From Bacteroidota bacterium (GTDB lineage Bacteria; Bacteroidota; Bacteroidia; 2-12-FULL-35-15): a DNA stretch of 64,000 nt. Location of the stretch: assembly GCA_003151815.1 (NCBI GenBank), contig PLYN01000012.1, positions 183 to 64,182 on the forward strand, written 5' to 3'. The notes below the pieces were generated by a model that was not told where the DNA came from, did not search any database, and saw only the letters and a list, made by a program, of their open reading frames with translations. Below are positions 18,319 through 27,250 of the stretch, in pieces (within the stretch, counting starts at the first letter, position 1; every line of letters begins with the position of its first letter). A program made the translations under genes and the position numbers.

Positions 18319-18999
18319 TTAATATTTAACACCAATTTTTACAGATATCATTTTGTCTACCTTCAACAATAAAGATTGTTTTAAACGCATCCAACGTTCA
18401 TATAATTTTGAATTTATTTTGAAATTATTAGAACTCTGTTCTTCTTTATCATGTTTTTTATCAGCAGGATCATAAAGCATAGCAGTGCACATGCAATTTT
18501 TCCGTTCTTTACTTTTCAAAATTTCAAAATTCACACAACTTTGACATCCTTTCCAAAACTCATCATCTTGCGTAAGTTCCGAATATGTAACCGGCTCATA
18601 TCCCAGATCAGAATTTATCTTCATCACAGCCAATCCTGTTGTTAAACCAAATATTTTCGCATTCGGATATTTCGTTCTGGAAAGTTTAAATACTGTCATT
18701 TTGATCTCCCTTGCCAACCCGCTCTTACGAAATTGAGGAGATACGATCAATCCGGAATTAGCAACATAATTACCATGTTCCCACGTTTCGATATAACAAA
18801 AGCCTGCCCATTCACCTTTGTTAGTGAGAGCAATAACAGCTTTGCCTTCCCGCATTTTTTCGGCAATATAATCAGGTGAACGCTTTGCAATTCCCGTTCC
18901 ACGGGCTTTTGCAGACGCTTCCATTTCATCACAGATCGTTTGCGAATATTTTATGTGTTGCTCTTCTGCAACAATTATTTTGAATTCAGGATTCTCCAT
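18319..18999 (-). CDS. GNAT family amino-acid N-acyltransferase (Bacteroidota ArgA-like, first gene of the arg operon)
   Basis: SAKARGTGIAKRSPDYI, NSGLIVSPQFRKSGLA and FWKGCQSC. Position directly before argG. Confidence 0.85.
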   Translation of the reverse strand: MENPEFKIIVAEEQHIKYSQTICDEMEASAKARGTGIAKRSPDYIAEKMREGKAVIALTNKGEWAGFCYIETWEHGNYVANSGLIVSPQFRKSGLAREIKMTVFKLSRTKYPNAKIFGLTTGLAVMKINSDLGYEPVTYSELTQDDEFWKGCQSCVNFEILKSKERKNCMCTAMLYDPADKKHDKEEQSSNNFKINSKLYERWMRLKQSLLLKVDKMISVKIGVKY

Positions 19000-19028
19000 C
19001 AGAAGAAAATATTAAAGAATGAAACATG

Positions 19029-19052
19029 AAAAATAGCAATGAAACAATGCTA
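19029..19052 (-). terminator. Candidate attenuator terminator before the arg operon
   Basis: Minus strand TAGCATTG-TTT-CATTGCTA then TTTTT, with one U-U mismatch. Confidence 0.45.
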
Positions 19053-19125
19053 AATTCTCGAAAGTTTTAAATAAAGATTTTTGAAAATTGACCTCTACGT
19101 AAGTGGTCTGAATAGAATAGACGAA

Positions 19126-19260
19126 CTATCGTCTGGGAGAATAGGGTACGCGGATTGCAACCGGGGTGGCGGCAATCTTGAATGTAAACAAAACAGCAAT
19201 CGTGCTGAACATCTTGTCAGCTGCTGAAAGGAAGTTGGAAAACAACTTTGCTTTTTTCAT
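19126..19260 (-). CDS. Candidate arg leader peptide MKKAKLFSNFLSAADKMFSTIAVLFTFKIAATPVAIRVPYSPRR (44 aa)
   Basis: ATG-initiated ORF between a TATATTTG box (19313-19320) and the arg operon. It ends AGA CGA TAG inside a 6-bp hairpin. Confidence 0.65.
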   Translation of the reverse strand: MKKAKLFSNFLSAADKMFSTIAVLFTFKIAATPVAIRVPYSPRR

Positions 19261-19435
19261 TTCTTTGCAAATAAAAGAATTAAACTTTAGTTAATTATAA
19301 TCTTTAAGATTGCAAATATACGTTTTTTTGAAAACGTACACATTATTTTTTTGTTGGGGAGATATGGATCATAAATTCATTTTTCAAATATTTATTTCGT
19401 AACTTTACGTTATAAACACTCAAAATAAATAAACA

Positions 19436-19672
19436 ATGTACACTACATATCACTTAACATCGGCACAAGAGGTAAGTTCTGATATATTAGATGCTATTAA
19501 AACTACCTTCAAATCAAAACCAATTACAATCATTGTAGAAGAGGACGAAGGCGACTACGAACTATCTAGCGAGATGAAAAATGTATTGGATGAACGTTTA
19601 AAAGAGGAGGTAAAAACGTATATTTCTTCTGAAGATTCAATAAAACAACTTAACAAAAAATATGGCTTATAA
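19436..19672 (+). CDS. Probable type II antitoxin
   Basis: 78-aa acidic protein overlapping a downstream RelE/ParE gene by 11 nt. Confidence 0.75.
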   Translation: MYTTYHLTSAQEVSSDILDAIKTTFKSKPITIIVEEDEGDYELSSEMKNVLDERLKEEVKTYISSEDSIKQLNKKYGL

Positions 19673-19955
19673 AATTCTTCTTTCGCCAAGGGCGCAAAAG
19701 GAAATTGAAAATGCCATTGATTATTATGCTTTATATAGCACGAAGGCTCCACAAAAATTTGTTTATGCCTTAAAAGACTCCTTCGACATATTAGCTTCAA
19801 ATCCCTTCTTTAACATACGTTACAAAAATATCAGAGGACTTAAACTTAAACGATTCCCCTACTCATTATATTTTGTAGTAAATGAATCAGAAAATACCGT
19901 CCGGATTCTTGCTTGCTTTCATAACAAAAGACATCCTGATAAACATCCCAAATAA
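19662..19955 (+). CDS. RelE/ParE family toxin
   Basis: ILLSPRAQKEIENAIDYY...NPF...KRFPYSLYFVV...VRILACFHNKRHP. Confidence 0.9.
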   Translation: MAYKILLSPRAQKEIENAIDYYALYSTKAPQKFVYALKDSFDILASNPFFNIRYKNIRGLKLKRFPYSLYFVVNESENTVRILACFHNKRHPDKHPK

Positions 19956-20075
19956 TTGGAATAGCCCACTATTCAAAAATTACTATCTTTGAATAAACCG
20001 AAAAAACATCTCCTATCTACCCAAATTGGAAAGATTGGAGAAGTTTTTTGGATGAAAACTTCCCCTATAACTAAG

Positions 20076-20716
20076 TTATGCGTCATGCTGATAGACGAAA
20101 AAACCAGTAGAGAATTAGATTAATATGGAACAATTAAATCGAGACAAAACATTTAATGATGGACTTTCGCTATTATCATTGTCTTTGTTATTTTCCATAA
20201 ATCCATGGCTTATTCCAATTACTTTCTTCTTTATTATTTATGGAATTAGACAGATTGTAAAAGATTCAGAAAAGACAAACAAAAAAAAGATACTTGGAAT
20301 TCTAATTCCATTTTTATGTTGGCTTCCTTTGACTGTAATATTTTATGAACTTTATATGAAAGACAAAATTTGAAAAAATAGAAATAAAATTTGCGACTAC
20401 CGCTGTGTATTAAGACAGACCAGTGTTTGCAGACCTTTGTTTTTATTGCACGTGGACAGGAAAGTGGGCGACAATTTTGTTCGGAATTTTTTCAGACCTA
20501 TATTTAGACACAAAGTATAACAACCTTTGTGTATTAATACTAACAAGCGTTTGCAGACCTTTGTTTGAAAAGTGTAAATCGAAAAAGTAGCACGAGGGCA
20601 TAACAGCGGCAAGAAAGTGTTGGCGCTTGCGATGAACTTCGGAATTATTTATAAATTTATGTGCAGTAAAACAGTGAAGGAAGTATTTATTCCGCAATTC
20701 TTTAAGCCGCAAACCG
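20076..20716 (+). mobile_element. Solitary integron-type gene cassette (no integrase in window)
   Basis: The 5' core GTTATGC (20075-20081) is the exact reverse complement of the inverse core GCATAAC (20598-20604) after the gene. The attC closes at CCGTTAG (G|TT at 20716/20717). Confidence 0.72.
20125..20373 (+). CDS. Small two-TM membrane protein (cassette cargo)
   Basis: 82-aa ORF with two hydrophobic segments, starting 44 nt after the cassette core site. Confidence 0.7.
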   Translation: MEQLNRDKTFNDGLSLLSLSLLFSINPWLIPITFFFIIYGIRQIVKDSEKTNKKKILGILIPFLCWLPLTVIFYELYMKDKI

Positions 20717-20722
20717 TTAGTA
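20598..20722 (+). other. attC-like recombination site (125 bp)
   Basis: GCATAAC-A-GCGGCAAGAA ... TTCTTTAAGCCGC-AAACC-GTTAGTA, giving R''/R' boxes and an inner imperfect inverted repeat. Confidence 0.72.
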
Positions 20723-20742
20723 AAATAAGCTCTTATTTAGAA

Positions 20743-21582
20743 TTATCCCTCCGGCAAACTAGCTTTTACATATTCTCCCAATACAGAAAAGTGATTGGTA
20801 GCTTTGTTAATTTGCTTCATTGCTTTTTGAAAATGAGCGTGGTCATTTTTTTTCCATTCCAGATCTAAATAAAAAAAGTATTCGCTGGGTTCTCCATAAA
20901 CAGGCACACTTTGTATCTTAGAAAGATTAATACTATTCTTTACCAAAACATTTAGCACATCGGCAAGAGAACCTACTTTGTGTTTTAACCTGAAACAGAT
21001 AGACGCTTTATTAGGGTTTTCAGGTATTTCATCTGCTTTGGTAAGAATTAAAAAACGAGTATAATTGTGTTTGTTGTTTTCAATTCCTTTAAACAATATA
21101 GGAACGTTATAAAGCTTTGATGCAAATTCATTGGCAACGGCAGCAGTATTTTTTAATTTATTATCGCTTATATTTTTTACACAGGATGCAGTATCACCTT
21201 GCTCAACAATTTTAATATGAGGATATTTATTAAGAAATACAGTGCATTGCGCCAATGCCATTGGATGAGAATGAACAAATTCAATGTCAGAAATTTTCAC
21301 TCCTTTTAATGCCAGTAAATTCAATTCAATTTTTAAATATTGTTCTCCAATTATTCGCAGTTTATATTGGTTTATCAAATTATAATTGGGCAAGATACTT
21401 CCCGCCAAAGAGTTTTCAATGGCGAGTACAGCGTATTTTGCATTGCCTGTTTTTAATGCTTCGGCACATTGCATAAAGGTATAACACTCTAAAAGATCTG
21501 CATCTTTTCCATAATATTTTTGCGCAGCCAAATAATGAAATGAACCTGCTGTACCGAAAATCGCAACTTTAGAATTTTGCAC
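20743..21582 (-). CDS. pheA: Prephenate dehydratase
   Basis: GTAGSFH, AIENSLAGS, SHPMALAQC, NYTRF and an ACT domain (NLSKIQSVP). GTG start. Confidence 0.95.
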   Translation of the reverse strand: MQNSKVAIFGTAGSFHYLAAQKYYGKDADLLECYTFMQCAEALKTGNAKYAVLAIENSLAGSILPNYNLINQYKLRIIGEQYLKIELNLLALKGVKISDIEFVHSHPMALAQCTVFLNKYPHIKIVEQGDTASCVKNISDNKLKNTAAVANEFASKLYNVPILFKGIENNKHNYTRFLILTKADEIPENPNKASICFRLKHKVGSLADVLNVLVKNSINLSKIQSVPVYGEPSEYFFYLDLEWKKNDHAHFQKAMKQINKATNHFSVLGEYVKASLPEG

Positions 21583-21621
21583 TTTATTAATTGTTTAATT
21601 ATTTTGAAATCCCTTCGCTCG

Positions 21622-21676
21622 TTTCTCGACTCCGCTCGAAAAGACAACGGTTGTCATTTCGAGTGGAGTCGAGAAA
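21622..21676. repeat. REP-like inverted dimer, TCGACTNCGCTC family
   Basis: tttctcgactccgctcgaaaagacaac g gttgtcatttcgagtggagtcgagaaa. Confidence 0.88.
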
Positions 21677-21699
21677 GTGTATAACCTTAAACACTTATT

Positions 21700-22413
21700 T
21701 TACATCACACCATCAAAAAACTTAGCTACACCAAAAGCAGCAGCAGCGGCCAATACGCCTATAAGTGTTACTTTCAATGCTCCTTTTATTGGTTCTTGTC
21801 CGGTTACTTTACTTTTAAAATAACCAAAAACAAAAAGACAGATGATAGTGATAGTAGCCGAGACCATTAATCCTTCGTAAGGAGTAGCAGTGAAAAAATA
21901 TGCAGAAAGAGGCAACAGGCCGCCAATGATATAGGATATACCAATATTTGCAGCACTGTTACGCGCACGATTGGGATGTGGCTTTTCCAATCCCAATTCA
22001 AACTTCATCATAAAATCAACCCATTTATCTTTGTCCTTCACCAATTCGTCCACGATCATATTTTGAGTTGTATCACTAAAACCATAGCTGGCAAATACTT
22101 CCTTCACCTCCGCTTTTTCCATCTCAGGTTTATGTTCTACTTCATCGTATTCCCTTTTTAATTCAGATTGATAATGCTCTTGCTCCGTTTTTCCGGAAAG
22201 ATAACCACCCAATCCCATCGCTATGCTACCGGCTACTATCTCGGCAATACCCGCAGTAATGATGATTGAATTATCGTGCACAGCACCACTCAATCCGGCT
22301 GCCAATGCAAAGGGAACAGTAAGGCCATCGGCCATACCAATAACAACGTCTGTAATAAATTCAGAGCTTTTGAGGTGTTCCTCCTCGTGGTGGTGATGTG
22401 TGTGTGAAGACAT
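21700..22413 (-). CDS. VIT1/CCC1 family iron/manganese exporter
   Basis: His-rich N-terminus, DVVIGMADGL, AGSIAMGLGGYLS and MMKFELG. Confidence 0.93.
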   Translation of the reverse strand: MSSHTHHHHEEEHLKSSEFITDVVIGMADGLTVPFALAAGLSGAVHDNSIIITAGIAEIVAGSIAMGLGGYLSGKTEQEHYQSELKREYDEVEHKPEMEKAEVKEVFASYGFSDTTQNMIVDELVKDKDKWVDFMMKFELGLEKPHPNRARNSAANIGISYIIGGLLPLSAYFFTATPYEGLMVSATITIICLFVFGYFKSKVTGQEPIKGALKVTLIGVLAAAAAFGVAKFFDGVM

Positions 22414-22422
22414 TTTTAAAAA

Positions 22423-23688
22423 CTAGATTCCTAAAACAACTTCGCCGGGATCTTTTCCACCAAACAACATTTTTGTAGGGTTTTCCAACATCTCTTTTAC
22501 TTTTACAAGGAAACCAACCGATTCACGGCCATCAATGACACGATGATCGTATGATAAAGCAACGTACATCATCGGGCGAATAACTACCTGGCCGTTAACA
22601 GCAACAGGACGATCAACAACATTGTGCATACCTAAAATAGCACTTTGTGGAGGATTAATAATAGGTGTACTCATCATGGAACCAAATACTCCACCATTAG
22701 TTATAGTGAAGGTTCCGCCACTCATATCATCAATAGTAATTTTATTGTCGCGCGCTTTTAAAGCAAGATTTTTAATTGAAGTTTCAATTTGTGCAAGGCT
22801 CATCTGTTCTGCATTACGCACAACAGGCACCATCAAACCTTTAGGTGCACTCACTGCTACGCCTATATCCGCATATTTATGATAAACAATTTCTTCTCCA
22901 TCTATCATTGCGTTAACGGCAGGGAAAAGATTCAAAGCTTCAGTAACTGCTTTTGTAAAAAAACTCATGAAGCCTAGATTGGTTCCGTGAACTTCTTTGA
23001 ATTTATCTTTATATTTTGCACGTAAAGCATAAATAGCACTCATATCTATTTCATTAAAAGTTGTGAGCATGGCTGTTTCATTTTTCACAGCAACCAATCT
23101 TTGCGCTAATTTTTTACGAAGCGGTGTCATTTTTGCACGCTCGGTATCTCTGCTTCCACCCCATCCTGCAGTAGTTGAAGAGTCGAACCCTGCCGACAAA
23201 GCATTTACAACATCTCCTTTTGTGATGCGACCATCTTTACCGGTTCCGCTCAACTTATTTGCAGGAACATTATTCTCTTCCATTATTTTTTTAGCTGCCG
23301 GTGAAGGTGTTCCGCTGGCATAACTTTCGGATTTTGCAGCTTCTTTAACAGGCGCAGATGTTGCGGTAACTTTAGGAACTTCTGCTTTAACAGGTTCAAC
23401 AACTTTTGAACTTTCAACTTTCAAACTTTGAACTTTTTTCTCTCCTTTAACACTAGTGTCGATGGAACAAATAACCTGCCCCACTTTAACTGTATCACCC
23501 TCTTTAGCTAACAATTTAATAGCACCCGACTCTTCTGCGTTAATTGTCAGGGTAGCTTTGTCTGAATCAATTTCAGCAATTTCTTCATCCTTCTCAACAT
23601 ATTCGCCATCTTTTTTTATCCAACGTGCAATCACCACTTCTGTAATCGATTCGCCCGGACTAGGTACTTTCATTTCTATCGTTGCCAT
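22423..23688 (-). CDS. sucB: 2-oxoglutarate dehydrogenase E2 (dihydrolipoamide succinyltransferase)
   Basis: Lipoyl domain (EIDSDKA), E3-binding [12 protein letters not shown] and catalytic SYDHRVIDG. Confidence 0.97.
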   Translation of the reverse strand: MATIEMKVPSPGESITEVVIARWIKKDGEYVEKDEEIAEIDSDKATLTINAEESGAIKLLAKEGDTVKVGQVICSIDTSVKGEKKVQSLKVESSKVVEPVKAEVPKVTATSAPVKEAAKSESYASGTPSPAAKKIMEENNVPANKLSGTGKDGRITKGDVVNALSAGFDSSTTAGWGGSRDTERAKMTPLRKKLAQRLVAVKNETAMLTTFNEIDMSAIYALRAKYKDKFKEVHGTNLGFMSFFTKAVTEALNLFPAVNAMIDGEEIVYHKYADIGVAVSAPKGLMVPVVRNAEQMSLAQIETSIKNLALKARDNKITIDDMSGGTFTITNGGVFGSMMSTPIINPPQSAILGMHNVVDRPVAVNGQVVIRPMMYVALSYDHRVIDGRESVGFLVKVKEMLENPTKMLFGGKDPGEVVLGI

Positions 23689-23696
23689 ATTTTATT

Positions 23697-23855
23697 AATT
23701 TGAAAATTTGAAAATGTGGTAATTTGAAAATGTAAAAGATCTACTATTTCAAATTAATAAATTTTTCAAATTGATTAATTTTCTTTTTTCTGATATTTGA
23801 TAATCTAGTAATAGGAAACCCTGAATTTTCAAATTACCAAATTTTCAAATTGATT
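23697..23855. repeat. 8/9-nt periodic inverted-arm element (AATTTGAA/TTCAAATT) in the sucA/sucB spacer
   Basis: aatttgaaaatttgaaaatgtggtaatttgaaaatgt ... aattttcaaattaccaaattttcaaattga. Confidence 0.8.
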
Positions 23856-26610
23856 AATTAGTTCCTACCAAAGCTTTAGAAAACACTTTATCTATAATAC
23901 TTTGTTGTTGTTTCGGATGTATTTTACCATAGCCTGTTGCCGGGCTGGCACTTGCATTACGACCAATATATTTTAATGTTTGTCCTTCCTTTAGTTTAAC
24001 AGAACGAAAAGCCATGAATATATGTGCCCATGCACCCATGTTTTCAGGCTCTTCCTGTACCCATAAATATTCAGTTGCATTTTTATATTTAGCAACTACC
24101 TCGTTCAATTGATTAGCCGGGAAAGGATACAACTGCTCTAAACGAACGATCGCGATGTCAATATTTCCATCCTTTTCTTTTCCTTCAATTAAATCGTAGT
24201 ACACTTTACCGGTACAAAATACGATCTTCTTAACCCCTGTTGAACCTGCCCTGAGCGAAGTCGAAGGGTCATCAATTATTTCTTTAAAGCCACCACTTAT
24301 AAAATCATTGATCGAAGATACACAAGTAGGATATCGTAATAATTTTTTAGGTGTGAAACAAATTAATGGTTTGCGGAAGTTGCGTTTAATTTGTCTTCTC
24401 AATACATGAAACTGATTTGCGGGCGTAGTGCAATTTACAATTTGCAAATTATTTTCAGCACATTGTTGCAAGAATCTTTCCATGCGTGCACTTGAATGTT
24501 CCGGACCCATTCCTTCATAACCGTGTGGTAATAGCATTACCAAACCACTCATTCTTCTCCATTTGTATTCAGCAGAAGTAATGAATTGATCGATGATTGT
24601 TTGAGCACCATTGAAGAAATCTCCAAACTGCGCTTCCCAGATCGTTAAGGCATTCGGTGCTGTTAACGAATAACCAAATTCAAAGCCCAATACACCGTAT
24701 TCGGAAAGTAAAGAGTTATATATAGTTAATGCTCCTTTTGCACCTATGTTATTTAGGGGAGTATATTCCTGTTCCGAATCCTCAATTTTTACTACTGCAT
24801 GACGATGAGAAAATGTTCCTCTCTCAACATCCTGCCCGCTAAAACGCACATTATTACCTTCATTCATCAAGGTTGCATACGCCATCAATTCGCCCATCGC
24901 CCAATCATAATTATCATTCGTGATCATCGCGGAACGATCGTCAAATAATTTTTGGGTTTTATTAAAGAACTTTTTATCCTTTGGCAATACAACTGTTTTT
25001 TTTGCAATATCCAAAAACGTTTTCTTATCAACGGAAGTATCTGTTGCTTTATCAAATGCATTAGAATCAGCCATTTCAAAACCACTCCACTGACTATTTA
25101 AAAAAGAGGGGATGGTTGTTTTTCCGGCCGCTTTAGCTTCATCTAATTTTCCCTGAAGGAGATCCTTGAAATTTTTCTCTATTTCTTTCGCAGCCTCTGC
25201 ATTTACACTTCCTTCAGAAATTAATTTATTACTGTAAATTTCTCTGGCGTTAGGATGCGCTGCAATTGCTTTATATAATAAGGGTTGCGTGAAGCGAGGT
25301 TCATCACCTTCATTGTGGCCATATTTACGATAACACAATACATCAATGAACACATCGCGATGAAATTTTTGACGGAACTCCATTGCCAGCTGAACTGTAA
25401 AAACCAAAGCTTCCACATCATCACCGTTAACGTGAAACACCGGTGCCAATACTACTTTAGCAACATCGGTACAATATGTACTTGATCGCCCATCCAGATA
25501 ATTTGTTGTAAATCCAACCTGATTATTAATTACTAAATGGATGGTTCCTCCTGTTTTATAACCATCCAACTGACTCATCTGTATCACTTCATACACAATG
25601 CCCTGACCGGCCAACGCCGCATCACCATGAATTAAGATCGGACAAACTTTATTGTTATCCCCATTATGAAAATTATCAATTTTAGCACGTGATATCCCTT
25701 CTACAACAGGATCAACAGCTTCCAAATGCGAAGGGTTTGGAGTTAAACTGATGTGAAAAGCATTACCATTTTTAGTGGTCCGATCACATGAAAAACCCAT
25801 GTGATACTTCACATCGCCATCAAACAATGAATCTTCGGAAAGATATCCTTCAAATTCTGCAAATAGGTCTTCGTATTTTTTATGTAAAATATTGGTCAAT
25901 ATATTTAAACGGCCACGATGCGCCATACCGATCACAAAATCTTTAATTCCCATATCAGCACCTCTCTCACAAATGGCTTCCAAAGCAGGAATTGCAGATT
26001 CACCACCCTCTAATGAAAAACGTTTCTGACCAACAAATTTGGTATGCAAAAAACTTTCAAATTCAACACCTCGATTTAGGCTTTTTAATATTTCGATCTT
26101 TTCATCTTTCGAAAAATTAGGAGTATTTTTACTTCGCTCCATTTTTTCCTGCATCCAATCAATGATAGCCGGTAGCCGGATATACCGATACTCAACTCCA
26201 ATAGATTGACAATAAGTTTGTTTTAAATGTGCAACGATATCTTTCAACTTTGCTGGTCCGATCCCTATTTGAACGCCGGCATGAAATACTGTTTCGAGAT
26301 CATTTTGACTTAAGCCAAAAGTCTCCACATCAAGTGGCGGAGAGTACTTCCTGCGTTCACGTACAGGATTTGTTAAAGTAAATAAATGTCCGCGAGAACG
26401 ATAACCATTAATAAGGTTGATCACATCAAACTCTTTTTTTACGCTGTGTGGGATCTCACCAACATCTTCATAATTTTTACGCGCAAATTCAAACCCCTCA
26501 AAAAATTTCTGCCAACCGTAATCTACAGAAGTGTTATCCTTCAAATATTGCTGGAACAAAACCTCTACCGAAGATATGTCCGCGTTGCCCAAATAGGAAA
26601 ATTTATCCAT
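23854..26610 (-). CDS. sucA: 2-oxoglutarate dehydrogenase E1
   Basis: GQKRFSLEG, GMAHRGRLN, HGDAALAGQG, WEAQFGDF and GPEHSSAR. Confidence 0.98.
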   Translation of the reverse strand: MDKFSYLGNADISSVEVLFQQYLKDNTSVDYGWQKFFEGFEFARKNYEDVGEIPHSVKKEFDVINLINGYRSRGHLFTLTNPVRERRKYSPPLDVETFGLSQNDLETVFHAGVQIGIGPAKLKDIVAHLKQTYCQSIGVEYRYIRLPAIIDWMQEKMERSKNTPNFSKDEKIEILKSLNRGVEFESFLHTKFVGQKRFSLEGGESAIPALEAICERGADMGIKDFVIGMAHRGRLNILTNILHKKYEDLFAEFEGYLSEDSLFDGDVKYHMGFSCDRTTKNGNAFHISLTPNPSHLEAVDPVVEGISRAKIDNFHNGDNNKVCPILIHGDAALAGQGIVYEVIQMSQLDGYKTGGTIHLVINNQVGFTTNYLDGRSSTYCTDVAKVVLAPVFHVNGDDVEALVFTVQLAMEFRQKFHRDVFIDVLCYRKYGHNEGDEPRFTQPLLYKAIAAHPNAREIYSNKLISEGSVNAEAAKEIEKNFKDLLQGKLDEAKAAGKTTIPSFLNSQWSGFEMADSNAFDKATDTSVDKKTFLDIAKKTVVLPKDKKFFNKTQKLFDDRSAMITNDNYDWAMGELMAYATLMNEGNNVRFSGQDVERGTFSHRHAVVKIEDSEQEYTPLNNIGAKGALTIYNSLLSEYGVLGFEFGYSLTAPNALTIWEAQFGDFFNGAQTIIDQFITSAEYKWRRMSGLVMLLPHGYEGMGPEHSSARMERFLQQCAENNLQIVNCTTPANQFHVLRRQIKRNFRKPLICFTPKKLLRYPTCVSSINDFISGGFKEIIDDPSTSLRAGSTGVKKIVFCTGKVYYDLIEGKEKDGNIDIAIVRLEQLYPFPANQLNEVVAKYKNATEYLWVQEEPENMGAWAHIFMAFRSVKLKEGQTLKYIGRNASASPATGYGKIHPKQQQSIIDKVFSKALVGTN

Positions 26611-26713
26611 ACGTATTCTAAATCTTTAATTAATGCTTACAAATTTAAGGTTTTTAGTCAAAAAAGGAAATATTTGGACGTATTTCTGAATTTATACTGA
26701 GGCAAAAGGATAC

Positions 26714-26854
26714 GGAACGCAGATGACGCAGATTTTTATGATTAGAACAGATAAAAAAAACCTATTTATTCTGAAAGCTATCGGGAACACATTTTATAAT
26801 GAACATATATTAAAAATCTTATTTAATCATAAAAATCTGCGGCATCTGCGTTCC
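26714..26854. repeat. 31-bp near-perfect inverted repeat pair (CGCAGAT flavour)
   Basis: ggaacgcagatgacgcagatttttatgatta (26714-26744) versus taatcataaaaatctgcggcatctgcgttcc (26824-26854), one mismatch. Confidence 0.88.
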
Positions 26855-26860
26855 ATTATA

Positions 26861-27220
26861 TCACGATTCTGAATTCTTATAATGATTGCGAATAACAACC
26901 TTTTGCAATTCTCGCTTTATGATCAGATCAGTAATGATTTCAGAAAATGATTCGGAGGCATTTTCATCTACCGCTTTTTTAATTTGCGTATCACTTATAT
27001 CTATGCGATACAAAATACCCATAAATTTTTGTTGATTGGAACTAACCAAATTATTGATATGCGGTTCGATTTGATCGAATAATTCTTCATAAGCATTGTA
27101 CGCATTACCGGAAAATTTAATTTCCATCCCAAACATATCAAAATCTTTAATAATTTGATTTGCCGTGTCTTTAATGAGATCGAGACGATTGAAATATTTC
27201 GAAATATCAGTAATGTTCAT
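26861..27220 (-). CDS. Conserved hypothetical protein
   Basis: 119-aa ORF with a ...ILYRIDI....I...II.RELQKV C-terminal pattern I recall from Bacteroidota hypotheticals. Confidence 0.8.
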   Translation of the reverse strand: MNITDISKYFNRLDLIKDTANQIIKDFDMFGMEIKFSGNAYNAYEELFDQIEPHINNLVSSNQQKFMGILYRIDISDTQIKKAVDENASESFSEIITDLIIKRELQKVVIRNHYKNSES

Positions 27221-27250
27221 TTTTTTTATTTTAAAATCCTGCGACTTTTA

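Noticed and set aside
20404-20566. 39-bp direct repeats as a mini CRISPR array
   Set aside because: Only two imperfect copies, an 85-nt spacer and no cas genes.
20397-20868. Three overlapping short ORFs over the attC region
   Set aside because: They overlap the non-coding cassette tail, attC and the pheA 3' end, with no coding signature.
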